DNA from: Octopus sinensis
Lineage: Eukaryota
Length of the DNA stretch: 47,166 nt
Reading direction: 5' to 3'
NCBI RefSeq assembly: GCF_006345805.1
Contig: NW_021835722.1
Location: 1 to 47,166 of the forward strand
Numbering within the stretch: the first letter of the stretch is position 1; the number at the start of each line of letters is the position of its first letter. The notes beneath the pieces are model-generated. The model was not told the DNA's origin, did no database searches, and saw only the letters and a list, made by a program, of their open reading frames with translations. Both the position numbers and the translations under genes were made by a program. Below, piece by piece: positions 1 to 13,007 of the stretch.

Positions 1-175
1 CTACTACTACTAGTAATGCTACTACTACTACTACTACTATTACCACTAATAATAATAACATTAACAATAAAAGTAATAATAGTAATAATAACAACAACGA
101 TAAAAGAAATAATAATAAATATAATGATAAATATAATAATAATGATATCAACAAGAACAACAACAACAGGAATAA
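1..175. repeat. Compound trinucleotide microsatellite (CTA)n/(AAT)n/(AAC)n
   Basis: Directly visible tandem triplets. Confidence 0.9.
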
Positions 176-959
176 TATGCCGCAAATGTTAGAGTCCATA
201 AAATAAGACAAAGGTAGAAATGAAAGAGGGCACAAAGAACAATGCTATAAATTGTGATGCTTACACTTCAAAGTCAAACATATCCGCACACACAAACGAC
301 TTTTGAAATAGCACGAATTATTGAAAATGAAGAGAGAAAATACTAAGAGATGCATCGCAGTCACACACAAATATTTATCCAGGATACACCAGTTACTATG
401 AGAAAACCAGGATGAAAGGAAACGAAAACCACCTACTGCATATACTAAAATGATAAGCCGCAACTAAACAATAAAATATAGCGCTTGTGAAGCCACAAGG
501 CAGGCAATGACAACATAAAGGAAAAAAACGCAAGAGTAAGTTATACACGTATCACAAAATAATCCTTAAACGACCACAAAAGTAAAATAATAAAAAAATA
601 AAGAAAGGAAATGAAATGAAAGGACTTTCCACACATGAAACTCAAAATAGTGGAATGTAGAAAATGAAGAGAAAAAGAGTAGGAATTCTGATGTTGGCAA
701 TGGTGACAATGTTGTCGGTAATGAAAACAAACAGGGTGATATCTAGTGACGAAAGATGCATAGTGCGAATATAACGTTAATATAAAATATTGATTCAGTT
801 GAAGTTCAGCTAACGACCAAAAAGATCTATTAGTAACATTAAAGAAATCGCACGTGACTGTGACAAAATCAGTGAGAATGTATCTGCAGATATACCTGAC
901 CAAAGAACTGAAACAAAACCATCTCTAATCAGCAATGGTTAAATGAAAATCGGTTCTGT

Positions 960-1736
960 TGGATGCGATTTCCACAAAAGGAAACAGCAATATCATCCCA
1001 TTAAGAAGCTGAAGACGAAAGCGGTTCTGATATTATCAGAGTCAGCTTCTCATAATCGGCGAGAAACTGTAGGAAATAAGATATGATTTGCATATGAAAA
1101 GCACAATAGAAAATAACATATCCTTACTTAGTAAAATGCGGATGGGTTTGTGTATGAACCGAAAATGCAATCAGAGAACAAACACAAAACAAAGAGGAAG
1201 GGACATGGAAATAATATACAACATAAATTAGAGACGTATACCGAAACAAAAAAGAAAATAAGAAACAGGGAAAGAGCTCATCTTATGGAAGTGAAGCTGA
1301 ATAAGATTGCTTCGTATAGCGGAAAAAGCTTTTATATAGCAATAAATTATTTTAAGGAAATAGTGAACAATTCTAGATATATCGAATTACACTATCAATA
1401 TGAATTGGACTATTTTGGGAGATATATATACAACAAAGGCACTAAGCACAATCAAAGCGTATAATGGATTATTAAGGCAAGGATTAAAGACGATTGCAAT
1501 ACGCCAAAGAACCAGGTGTTGCATAAACAAAGCGAAATACACGACGTTGGCAAATAAAAGATGAAACTGGAAAAGCATTTGGTGTTTGCTCTTACTAAGA
1601 AATATAGTTAGTACTCGTGCTTGTGTAGTGTCAACATTCGCTTTGTTGTGAAACAGAACAGCGTCAAGATTTCACCGGTTATTTGAATGATATAGCTTTC
1701 GCAGATAAGAAACTAACTGAAATGAGAATCGTTAGT
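960..1736 (+). pseudogene. Heavily decayed RTE-clade LINE reverse-transcriptase/C-terminal region
   Basis: Broken frames give DYFGRYIYNKG...WIIKAR (~1408-1482, cf. YLGSxI...RIxKAR), KMKLEKHLVF (~1558, cf. KxxLxxALVF) and FE*YSFRR (~1682, cf. FEMWCWRR), in the order expected upstream of the RTE tail at 1737. Confidence 0.4.
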
Positions 1737-2013
1737 GGCAGATCAGGCCGAAAATGTCGCTAGAAGCTAGGATCACCAAGCATAGATTGGCATATTTCGG
1801 TCATATTATGCGGAGAAAATCCCTGGAGCAGGACATCAAGCTCGGAATGGTCAGTGGCAAGAGAGGAAGAGGCCGACCAAGAACCTGGTGGCTTAAACAC
1901 CATCAAGAGTGATACCGGAATGGACATAGCCAATCTGAAAGAAACGGCCCAGGATAGAACTGAGTGGAGGACACTGATCCAACGAGTGACCAAGACTCAC
2001 TTCGACTTAGCGG

Positions 2014-2048
<35 letters not shown>

Positions 2049-2345
2049 TATAATATATATATAAGTTCTTAAGCAGATCAGGCCGAAAAGTCGCTAGAAG
2101 CTAGGATCGCCAAGCATAGATTGGCATATTTCGGTCATATTATGCGGCGAAAATCCCTGGAGCAGGGCATGATGCTTGGAATGGTCAGTGGAAAGAGAGG
2201 GAGAGGCCGACCAAGAACCCGCTGACTTGACCCCATCATGAGTGATACTAGAATGGACATAGCCAATCTGAAAGAAGCGGCCTAGGATAGAACTGACTGG
2301 AGGACGCTGATCCATCGAGTAACCGAGAGTCGACTTCGACTGAGC

Positions 2346-2383
<38 letters not shown>

Positions 2384-2870
2384 TATATATATATATAAGG
2401 TTAATCCAAACGGAAACAGAAAAAACAACAACACGTGGAACAATTACAGTATTATTATTATTAGGCGCTCAGGAAAAGAAGAAGGAGGGTATGACGTTCC
2501 GAGCGAGCTCTTCGTCGGAAACATAAGAGAAGAAAGAAAGAAGAAACAAAGATCCCGATGTGGGCGAACAGAGGGAAAAAAAAAAGATAAGGCCGAAAAT
2601 GTCGCTAGAAGCTAGGATCACTCAGCATAGATTGGCTTATTTCGGTCATATTATGCGGAGAAAATCCCTGGAGCAGGACATCAAGCTCGGAATGGTCAGT
2701 GGCAAGAGAGGAAGAGGCCGACCAAGAACCCGGTGGCTTGACACCATCAAGAGTGATACCAGAATGGATATCGCCAACCTGAAAGAAGCGGCCTAGGATA
2801 GAAATGACTGGAGGACACTGATCCAACGAGTGACCGAGAGTCGACTTCGACTGAGCGGATATATATGTAT

Positions 2871-2935
<65 letters not shown>

Positions 2936-3234
2936 TATATATATTATATATATAAGTCTTAAGCAGATCAGGCCGAAAATGTCGCTAGAAGCTAGGATTA
3001 CCAAGCATAGAGTGCCTATTTTGGTAATATTATGTGGAGAAAATCCCTGGAGAAGGACATCATGCTCGGAATGGTCAGTGGCAAGAGAGGAAGAGACCGA
3101 CCAAGAACCCGCTGGCTTGACACCATCAAGAGTGATACCAGAATGGACATAGCCAATCTGAAAGAAGCGGCCCAGGATAGAACTGACTGGAGGACACTCA
3201 TCCAACGAGTGACCGAGAGTCGACTTCGACTGAG

Positions 3235-3284
<50 letters not shown>

Positions 3285-3570
3285 TTCTTAAGCAGATCAG
3301 GCCGAAAATATCGCTAGAAGCTAGGATCACCAAGCATAGAATGGCATATTTCGGTCATATTATGCGGAGAAAATCCCTGGAGAAGGACATCAAGCTCGGA
3401 ATGGTCAGTGGCAAGAGAGGAAGAGGCCGACCAAGAACCCGCTGGCTTGACACCATCAACAGTGATACCGGAATGGACATAGCCAATCTGAAAGAAGCGG
3501 CCCAGGATAGAACTGACTGGAGGACACTGATCCATCGAGTAACCGAGAGTCGACTTCGACTGAGCGGATA
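1737..3570 (+). mobile_element. Tandem array of five ~280-bp RTE-clade LINE 3' ends separated by (TA)n
   Basis: Copies at ~1737-2013, 2064-2347, 2584-2859, 2955-3239 and 3283-3570. They encode LAYFGHIMRRKSLEKDIxLGMVSGKRGRGRPRTRWLDTI...AAQDRTDWR, the typical RTE/BovB-like ORF C-terminus. Confidence 0.9.
2398..2583 (-). mobile_element. Penelope-like terminal fragment with degenerate hammerhead motif (2488-2523)
   Basis: Minus strand GTTT-CCGACGA-A-GAG(CTCG)CTC-GGAA-CG-TC resembles the CUGANGA...GAAA core with substitutions. The fragment runs into (TA)n at 2397. Confidence 0.45.
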
Positions 3571-4479
3571 GACAGATAGTGGCATTTCATTGTTGGAATT
3601 ATCACTGAAATACTTTATATATTTTAAAGATGAGGTGGTTCACCTAGAAAGTAATAACAATTGAGCATTTCAGCAGATGTATCAGAATGGGAGGATAAGC
3701 TGTCAAAACGATTACTGGTGTATAGAGCATATTATTGCAGAGAGCAATTAGAGAACGAATCATTCATATGTGTCATGGATTGAATATCAAATATTTAGAG
3801 GCAGCATAGCACAGTCACAGATATTGGATATACTAAACGAAACCGAAAGCAGTATATCAATCATATGGCGTAAAAAGTAATTCAAACAATCAACATGATA
3901 ATAAAAGTCAGTCACATTTTCCTTTACAAGAGACTATATTAAAGTATAAGCTGAAAGCAATACGAATCACTATGCAGTTTGTGCAAAGAAAGTGGTAGGT
4001 CTTTCACTAAAAAGATATTATATAAACTAGAAACTTACGTAACAGCCAGTTGTGAGGAAAATGTAATAACATTACAAATTGTAAATAAGCTAAGAAAAAA
4101 ACTAATTGAAAATGAGATTAGAAAACTTTTATTTTTTGGAAAGCAGTGTGAGAGTCTACATCACTGCCATAACTGACAAGATTAAACAAAGCAGAAACAA
4201 AAAATTGTAAAAAGTGTAGCAATTTCGATCTGATCGGTTGGGTACTCAAAGTTGAAACGAAATGAATAATGTATTGTGGTAAGAAAATGGCTGGGAAGCA
4301 ATAAGACTTACGTTATTTAAAACCAGCAACTATACTCGTCACTCGCAATGAAATATGAATTGGTAGAATGTAGCATGCTTTTCCTAACCATTTCAGAAGA
4401 CTTAGTTGATACCTGCCGATAGCGTCAATGTTTGAGCCAACCAATGTCACATTACAGAATATGAGAGTTGGAGGGAGGA

Positions 4480-4630
4480 ATTATAGTGCCAGCACTTGGT
4501 ATATATTTCAGCTGATTGAAATGGAGCGACGAGAACGGATGTCTTTTTGTGAAAGAGCAGGCACGCTGCCTGGTTCAAAATTGAACCCCATTTTAACGAT
4601 CATGAATTCCTATTTTAACCTACTCTGCCT
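4480..4630 (-). mobile_element. Old degraded tRNA-derived SINE (SINE-C-like)
   Basis: Reverse complement loosely aligns to the 14024-14170 head/body (B-box ggttcaat, ...gctcca...tcagctg). Confidence 0.45.
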
Positions 4631-6230
4631 TCATGCTCATGCAAAATTACTGTATCGCAAACTTGCATGGCAAAGTAAAGATAAAGTTGACCAATTGAAT
4701 TTCACGCAAGAAGTTACGGCAACAAATGAAATGATTACAACAAGGTAATGGCACAAACATTTTCCAGAAAAAATGTTTTGGTATATTACAAGTTAATGAT
4801 CTTAAAAATTGTATTATGGCCCGTGTATATTTAAGCGGCCGCATGAATTGGAAGTGAACAACGAAGGCAAAAACATCAGTGTAACAAATTGAGTTTCATT
4901 ACAGATAGAGAAGATACGATTTATTCGTTATCCTATTATTATTGGCAACTTAAATTTATATGTTGATAACGGTGTGTGACGTCAAGGAAGCCTCGACTTG
5001 GAATTGTGTAAAGTATGAGAATATAACAATTCAGACTGAAAAATAAGACATATTTTGGAACCTCCAAGAGAATAGGAGATACGGTAGATTTTCTATTGTG
5101 TTTTCTATAAATCCGTAGTAAGAAATTAAATTAAGAGATATGTGAAAAATATGCGATATAAAATAATCTATTTTAGTAAAGAAAATTGCATATCTTCTAT
5201 CTGCATATCGAGCCATAACATGATAACTATTGGACCAAGATTATATACCACGCTCAGTGGAAAAAAGTTTTGAAAATATCATATGCAATATTAATAAATA
5301 TGACATTATGAGGCATTGTATTCCAAGAAACATATAAAACAGCATTTACTGAACGTACGAAATTTGCGAAAGGTGTCATTTAAGTGTGCGATAGTACAAA
5401 AATATGGCAAATATATTATTTCTACTGAAACCAAAATATTGCAAAGTAAATTTGCTGTTCATATTCGAAGCAATGCAGCTCAAACTGAATATAGAAGCTG
5501 CAATATAATTAGAACAGGAAAATAACATTAACGCGTAAGACTTCGTATGTAGTTAGAATTTTATTTGAATGTTCTGTAAAAATTCATCACATGATATTAG
5601 AGAATAATAATTTAGACTGTAATTAACGTCAAAATATTTTGTACATCATATTATAGCAACAATGGATAAATGGTTTAAATTATTATTCGTGTAAAGGAGT
5701 AAAAATCTCTGCAGAAAAAGATCATTGCCTATGTGACAAAACCTTTTAAAAGGACAGAACCGCTGGTCTGCTATTATACGAGGACCATACCTTCTATGCT
5801 GTACATAAATAGGTATGTTGTAGTTAATGTCTCTACAGAACTACCATCATTAACATTTTTTCTAACATACATTTATATCTTATTTCTCCGTACATTTCGT
5901 GATCAAAAATAATATTGAAGCTACGGTTTTCCCTTCATCTCTCGAAGTAGTGTTAATAAATCAACTTTCCTTCAGTAATTTACTTAAATAATTTAACACA
6001 GTATTATACATTCTGCGCTTCTAGATTTAAAGTCACATCACGAAACACTTACCCAAATTTTGTACTTAGCTGTTTAAAGTTATCTACAAAATGCCGTGAA
6101 GCGTTGCCTTATGGACGAAAAACTACATATCCGAATAAGCTCTGCATCAATTCTCAACGTATAATTTATTTATTCCTTCGTGAGTGATACCCATATAGAT
6201 AGATAAGCACACAGACATATGGCATATATA

Positions 6231-6555
6231 TCTCTCTATATATAAACGGCAGTTTGTCTGTGCGTGTTTCTGTGTGTCTGTTTTCTCGTACCCTCACTCT
6301 GACCACGGCTTTCAACCGATTCTGATGAAACTTGACACACACATAGCCCAATGTCATAATTCAAAACTAACGCAGCGAAAATTTTGAAAAGTTCCCCCAG
6401 TTCTGAAAAAAATCGATAAATTCGACATGGGGTCGAGAATCAGAAACCCAAACCACAGACCATCATTTGTTTTCCATTTTTTGGCTATAACTCTCTAAAA
6501 ATGCTTTATAGTTATTTCCCTTACAAACCCGAGCAACGCCGGGCGATACTGCTAG
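6231..6555 (+). mobile_element. Non-autonomous Helitron (325 bp)
   Basis: A|TC 5' end, 3' hairpin CCCGAGCAACGCCGGG followed by CTAG|T, inserted in an AT target with no TSD. Confidence 0.85.
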
Positions 6556-6572
6556 TATATATATATATATAT

Positions 6573-6812
6573 AATAATAATAAATATTAGGGAATAAATC
6601 CAAATTTACAGGGAAAAATCAGATTTAGGACTGAATCCAATTTTATAGTAAAATATTATATAATATTAATTAGAGACAAAATCACTATTATTCAAATCAA
6701 ACAAAGAAAGGCTTAATCCAATACATAAAAAAATTTATATAAATTAACTAAAATGAAATTCGCCACTACAATTGTTTCGTGTCTCTTCTAAGGACATTCA
6801 TCAGGTGGTATT
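6573..6812 (-). mobile_element. Penelope-like/retrozyme terminal fragment
   Basis: Carries a hammerhead motif at its 5' side and ends in (ATT)n/(TA)n at ~6572. Confidence 0.6.
6763..6808 (-). ncRNA. Minimal type-I hammerhead ribozyme
   Basis: CCAC-CUGAUGA-A-UGUC(9-nt loop)GACA-C-GAAA-CAAUUG-UA-GUGG: 4-bp stem I, intact core, palindromic stem III. Confidence 0.75.
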
Positions 6813-7012
6813 CAGATCTTCTATTCAATTTTAAGTTATGAAGTAACACCCAACGAAACAAAATATTGTTGCTGGAGTACTTGATAAAGCAGTATAATTC
6901 TGGTGTAAAAGTTTGGCACAAGGCAAGTAATTTTGTTGTAAGGGGTAATTGGATTACGTCGAACCTATTGCTAAAATATTTTTTATTTCAACGAACACCG
7001 AAATGATGAAAT

Positions 7013-7097
<85 letters not shown>

Positions 7098-7234
7098 TTG
7101 GCCTGCTCGCTTAGCCAGCGGGGTGGCGTCATTTGAAGGCTAAAACAATGCGAAGCGCATTGTGACCAGCGATGTATAGTAATATCAGATAGCCTGGTTG
7201 GTCACGGTGATATATATATACATATGTATATATT

Positions 7235-7362
7235 CGACGGGCTTCTTTAATTTTCCATCTACCAAATCTACTCACAAGGCTTTGGTTAGCCCGAGGCTAT
7301 AGTAGAACAACCATGACCAAATTGCTACGCAGTGGTTGAGAAACAAGATTCTTACCACACCG
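7235..7362 (-). mobile_element. SINE-A 5' fragment, degraded
   Basis: cgacgggcttcttt...taccaaatctactcacaaggctttggttagcccgaggctatagtagaa matches the other SINE-A copies. Confidence 0.8.
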
Positions 7363-7514
7363 TCATACATATATACACACACACATGTAGGCGTGTCTAT
7401 GTGTGTGTGTGAATGTCTGTTAACCTACATATGTATGTGTGTGTGTTTGTGTCTCTGTGTGTGAGTGCAAATGATAGTAAAACGTGTAACAACGCAATTT
7501 ATGTTTTATAGTGC

Positions 7515-7725
7515 CAAGCGGGAAGAGGAAATTAGCACGTCGGGCAAATTGCTTGGCGGATGGCGTCCGGCTTTACGTTCTGATTTCAAATTCCGCGGAC
7601 GTCGAATTTGTATTTCATCATTTCGATGTTCGTTAGAATAAATAATATTTTAGCACTAGGGTCGACATAATCCAGTTCTCCTTACAACAAAATTGCTTGC
7701 CTTGTGCCAAACATTTACACCAGAA
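7515..7725 (+). mobile_element. SINE-B, degraded copy
   Basis: ttagcacgtcgggcaaattgc...ttcaaattccgcggacgtcga aligns to 13767 and 35171. Confidence 0.7.
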
Positions 7726-8291
7726 TTATATTTTGTATCGTTGGGTACAGTTGAGGGTTAAAAACAAGGTAAATCTTCTTTCTGGATGAAAAACGATGAA
7801 AAGACTCAGATGACCATTTTTATAGTGAGTAAAGACAAATCACATGACGATGACAATGGACGATTTTTATCCAACAGGTTTCGAGACTCGCAAAATGAAG
7901 AAAAAAATATTTTTCAAATATGGCGAAGATGAGAATTTCTGTTAAATAAATATAAATCACAAACGTTGAGAAGAAAATTTACAAGCAATTATGAATATAG
8001 CGCAGCTGCGGCATATGTCTCTACAACAGGAAAAACAGTCACCGGAAGAACAAGAAGACATACAATATTGAATAAAATATGAGTGTCTTGCTGAAGATAT
8101 ACTCTGTATGGAGACGTATTTATACATATTTACAAAAGTATACGGCGCACGCACATACATAGAGACACACTCGTCCACACACTCAAACACCGTCCAACCT
8201 ATATGGCTGCTTTTGTGCGTGAGAATGTGTTTGTCTATATATGTATATGTATGTCTGTATCTATACATATACGTGTGTGTGTGTATGTATA

Positions 8292-8321
<30 letters not shown>

Positions 8322-8323
<2 letters not shown>

Positions 8324-8331
8324 GAGTGCTT

Positions 8332-8376
<45 letters not shown>

Positions 8377-8379
8377 TGC

Positions 8380-8422
<43 letters not shown>

Positions 8423-8426
8423 TGCT

Positions 8427-8471
<45 letters not shown>

Positions 8472-8475
8472 TGCT

Positions 8476-8514
<39 letters not shown>

Positions 8515-8533
8515 GAGTGCTTGTTTTATATAT

Positions 8534-8564
<31 letters not shown>

Positions 8565-8572
8565 GAGTGCTT

Positions 8573-8609
<37 letters not shown>

Positions 8610-8715
8610 TGCTTGTTTTATATATATATATATGAGTGCTTGTTTATATATATATATAATATATATGAGTGAGTTTTTATATATATATATATATATACGA
8701 GTGAGTTTTTATATA
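8322..8715. repeat. Minisatellite: ATGAGTGCTTGTTT + variable (TA)n, ~10 units
   Basis: Directly visible. Confidence 0.9.
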
Positions 8716-8889
8716 TATACATATATATATATATATTTAGATTTATATATATGTTTGTGTATGTATGTATACATGTATGTTTGTGTGTGTTAGTTCATGT
8801 TATTGGAGAAGCACAAAAATATACAAATGCTTATAAATGGAAATCTATGTTACTGAACTGTATACAATGTCGTTTATTGTTTATATTCA

Positions 8890-9065
8890 TTTTTGTTTTA
8901 TTGGACTGAAGCCATGCTGGGGCACTGTGTTGAAGAATTTGAACCGAGTTAACCGTTCCCCGCACTTATATAACGTTTGACGAATCTCTTTCGTTTACTA
9001 TCAGCATCTTCTGCCGAACGACTAAGTTGCTCATTCTAAACACTCAAACACTGATTGTCAACCGG
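8890..9065 (-). mobile_element. Degraded SINE-A-like 3' half
   Basis: gactgaagccatgctggggcac...tgccgaacgactaagtt...aaacactgattgtcaa resembles the SINE-A tail. Confidence 0.55.
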
Positions 9066-9469
9066 TCTTTACTGGATTCTATTACATGATGCATATTATT
9101 ATTACGGGCAAATATCTCTGTGAACTTTAGAAACATTTAAAAAAATATTTTGTTTATTATTTTGAATAATTATTATTTCTTTCTCGTATTTCTTTTTTCC
9201 ATTATATTGTCAGCACTCACAAATGATGATCCGTTATACTTATTACTGTTTTGCATTTTAGCCTTTGATTATTTAAATTAATATTCCCCCCGCAAAAATA
9301 AATTCCAATTTTTGCAGGTTACATCTCATGCCTACTACCAAAATCCAGAGAATTTTCCAAGTATTCTAGACGTTTCGACTTTGACGGTGAATGTGTATTT
9401 TCTTTGGCACTATTAGAAAGGGCAGTCATTCTTCAAACATGTATTATGCATGTACATATGTATGTCTAC

Positions 9470-9681
9470 TCACAAACACACACACACACACACACGCACA
9501 CACATAATACACACCTCTCACACACACGCACACACACATAATACACACACACACACACATAATACACACTCACACACACATTACACTCTCTCTCTCTCAC
9601 ACACACAATACCACTCTCTCTCTCACACACACACATAATACACACTCTCTCTCTCTCTCACACACACACACATAATACACA

Positions 9682-9713
<32 letters not shown>

Positions 9714-9890
9714 TAATACACACTCTCACACACATAATACACTCTCACACACACACATAATACAGACTCTCACACACACACACATAATACAGACTCTCTC
9801 ACACACACCACACACACAATACACTCTCTCTCACACACACACACACATACATAATACACACATAATACACTCTCACACACACACATATAT
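9470..9890. repeat. Compound (CA)n/(CT)n microsatellite with TAATACAC nodes
   Basis: Directly visible. Confidence 0.9.
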
Positions 9891-9959
9891 ATATATGTTT
9901 GTATCTATGTATGATTGTGTATATATAGACACACACATACATATAGAGAAATATATGTG

Positions 9960-10004
<45 letters not shown>

Positions 10005-10288
10005 ATGCACATACGTGTATAAATTGAAAGGTTAAATACACGTTCCAATTTGTCAAAACAACTATATAACATTCCTTTATTATAATAAATCGAACATAAA
10101 TATATAATAAGACATCACCACATCTTCAGTGGTAAAAGACAATAGAATAAAATATACTCATATATACGAATAAAAGGTGATAAAACCTAAAAGGGTAATA
10201 CTATTGATGTCGAATGAAGAAAAATAGAATATATGGATTCAATTAATGCACTGGAAAAGCGACTAAAAATTCAAGGCAATGAAACACA

Positions 10289-10338
<50 letters not shown>

Positions 10339-10645
10339 ATATAGGGTAAAGTAGTACCTACATAAGGCTCCATTCAAACCTTTTTCTACGATTGTGTCAA
10401 AAGATATTGCCGTACTTTGTCAATATATAATTCATTCAGAAATTGCAAAGGCAATGTCATTTTCTTCAGGGCAAAATTTACAAGTCTCAGATTTCTGGTT
10501 GCCAAGTGATGAAGAAAGATCATTGCTACAATTTATTTCTCCTTTCGTCTTGGAGTAACCTGAGCACTTCCATCTCCAGTCCTGTTTTTGTGCTTTGATT
10601 TAACGATATTAAAAGCATTATCCTGATACACACACACACACACAC

Positions 10646-10989
10646 ACTCTTTACTCGTTTCAGTCATTTGACTGCGGCCATGTTGGAGCACCGCCTTTAA
10701 TCGAGCAACTCGACCCCGGGACTTATTCTTTTGCAAGCCCAGTACTTATTCTATCGGTCTCTTTTGCCGAACCGCTAAGTTACGGGGACATAAACACACC
10801 AGCATCGGCTGTCAAGCAATGCTAGGGGGACAAACACAGACACACAAACACATACATGCATATATATATATATACATATATACGACGGGCTTCTTTCAGT
10901 TTCCGTCTACCAAATCCACTCACAAGGCTTTGGTCGGCCCGAGGCTATAGTAGAAGACACTTGCCCAAGGTGCCACGCAGTGGGACTGT
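10646..10989 (-). mobile_element. SINE-A, 5'-truncated within the tRNA head
   Basis: Near-identical to the copies at 18016, 18756, 34313 and 36463; stops at the B-box region. Confidence 0.9.
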
Positions 10990-11122
10990 ATTATTATCCA
11001 GTATGTATATATATTTGGAAACGATTTAAGGTGTTTTCCTTTATTTGTTATCTGTGTTAGAATTTTTTACACGTGCAAGAATTTAGTTTGGAAATGCTAC
11101 GCCTTCCAAACTAAATACTTTG

Positions 11123-11157
<35 letters not shown>

Positions 11158-12689
11158 GATAAACAATTAAATGCAAACATTAGGTAGTTATTGTTTCGGA
11201 TTAAAATGTTCAACCATACTCTCTATTTTCAAATTACGATGTAATGAATACATCCTTACATCCAACAACAATAATAGAGAGGGTAAAAACACTCTACGAA
11301 ACTTGTAATTTGATGGGGAGATTTAATACTTATTCAAGCATTAAATGGAAATTTGTGTAGACAAATGAAACAACACGCTTTTCATTTCGAAGGGAAATAG
11401 TTTAGACAGAATGAATTGAATTATGGTAAGTAGATTAAATGAATGAAATAATTTTAAAAGGAGTATGTTTTATTTAATGAAATGTAAAGGAGAAAAAGTA
11501 TATGTTATAGTTTTAAAAAAGGTGATTGTAGTTATAAAATGGTAAGTATTTAGTGTGATTTTAGGCAATTAAGTTAATTATCGAAGTAAACACAGGGATT
11601 ATTTGAACAGTTAGGGAGGAATTAAAGTGTTCTAAGATTTAAGAGATTAAATCAACGAATAATGTGGTAATTAGAAATCTAAAAAGAAAGAAATGGTTTG
11701 GGCTTTTTTGTAAATATTTCTGTATTAGGTTATAAATAAAGCTAAAATACATGGTGGAATGTTAGAAGCAGAGTAAACCTAAGGCTAAGAAAATATTAAC
11801 AAATAAGATGAAATTATATTTAAACACCATAAATTGCACAATGGGGATGATGTTAACGGTTACACGATAATGTATAACGAATATAATGTATGCGTAAACT
11901 AATTTGATAAATTCAAGATATGAAATTTTTACAAAGTTCAATGTACATGAGATAAAGTGTTTCAGGATATGAATAATATTTATCGTTCAATGTACGGTTA
12001 AATACTAGTTAACTAATATGTTGCCTATAGAATATTAGAAGTAAAAGTGTGAATCCACTTTATTACTTTACGCTATATTGTGGACATCTTAATTTTCGAT
12101 TTCTCACGTTTCCAAGTTGCAATCCTTTTACCTTGTTTATTATTAAGTATATTGCCCTTAGCGAATAACACATCTAAGTAACTGAATAATTGAAAATGCT
12201 TCCCTCGGATCCTGAAGGCACTTAAGGACATTTTATAGGTTCACACATTTTCATATTATTCATTGTAATCTAAGTTCTCATGAAATTAGGGAATATGTTT
12301 AATTAAGATCTAATATAACATATTTAGCAAGATTTATCAATTTTAATCATTGGCGGACATGCTAAATCAACATTATTTCAATTGAAAGGCATGAAATTGA
12401 ACCAAGGATACTCTGAGATGAGAGGACATCATCAACTGGGCCTTCGTGGAATATTGCTTGATTTACGCGTCGCATGCTTTCGGAAAGAACCAACAATCTT
12501 CGTTACCCTGAGCAGTCATTTTACAACGGGGTATCGCATGTATAAAATCTGTTTTCATTGGCTCTCTTATGAAAGACGCTGTTTCTTATAGCATTCAGGG
12601 AAGTAAATGTTTCGGGTATTACTATACTGTATTATTATACTTCATACACTTTTTGATGCTTATCGGTCATAAAACCTACACGATTTCAT

Positions 12690-12969
12690 AGATATCGAGC
12701 CCTTCTGTGTATTAGCGCGCGTCTACGATGAGTCTACGATTTAAAAAAAATTTACCATCAATTTTTCCTATTTTTAATGCATTTTTGGCATATATAAGGG
12801 TAGTAACTCTCTAAAAATGTATTATTAAATCTCAGAACGTAAAAAGCTACAGTAACCCCCCCCCTTTGTGGTTAGCCATATTGAGATGGCAATTATACTT
12901 TACACCTCTAAAAATGCTTATATAGTTATTTCCCTTACAAACCCGAGCAACGCCGGGCGATACTGCTAG
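12690..12969 (+). mobile_element. 5'-truncated non-autonomous Helitron with captured TIR fragment
   Basis: Body matches 17430-17560, and the 3' hairpin and CTAG|T match 6528-6556. Segment 12842-12904 matches the TIR at 16257-16319. Confidence 0.85.

Positions 12970-13007
<38 letters not shown>

Larger units (their letters stand above)
6849..7745. repeat. Local inverted duplication, arms 6849-7018 and 7606-7745
   Basis: Reverse complement of 6893-7018 matches 7606-7730, and CCCAACGAAACAAAATAT matches ATATTTTGTATCGTTGGG beyond a short indel. Confidence 0.8.

Noticed and set aside
5714-5811. Plus-strand AG...GT-bounded segments here and at ~9318-9387 and ~16752-16949
   Set aside because: Short, no recognisable protein similarity (the last has stops in all frames); expected by chance in AT-rich DNA.
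8088-8120. CTGAAGA-T-ATAC-TCT-GTAT-GGAGACG possible hammerhead
   Set aside because: GAAA is absent and no stem I can form.
8322-8715. Repeat-spacer appearance suggesting CRISPR
   Set aside because: Spacers are only (TA)n, the context is eukaryotic and there are no cas genes. The same applies to the array at 1737-3570.
11081-11116. Perfect 13-bp hairpin ATTTAGTTTGGAA/TTCCAAACTAAAT
   Set aside because: Isolated and AT-rich with no associated element ends; cannot be assigned a function.
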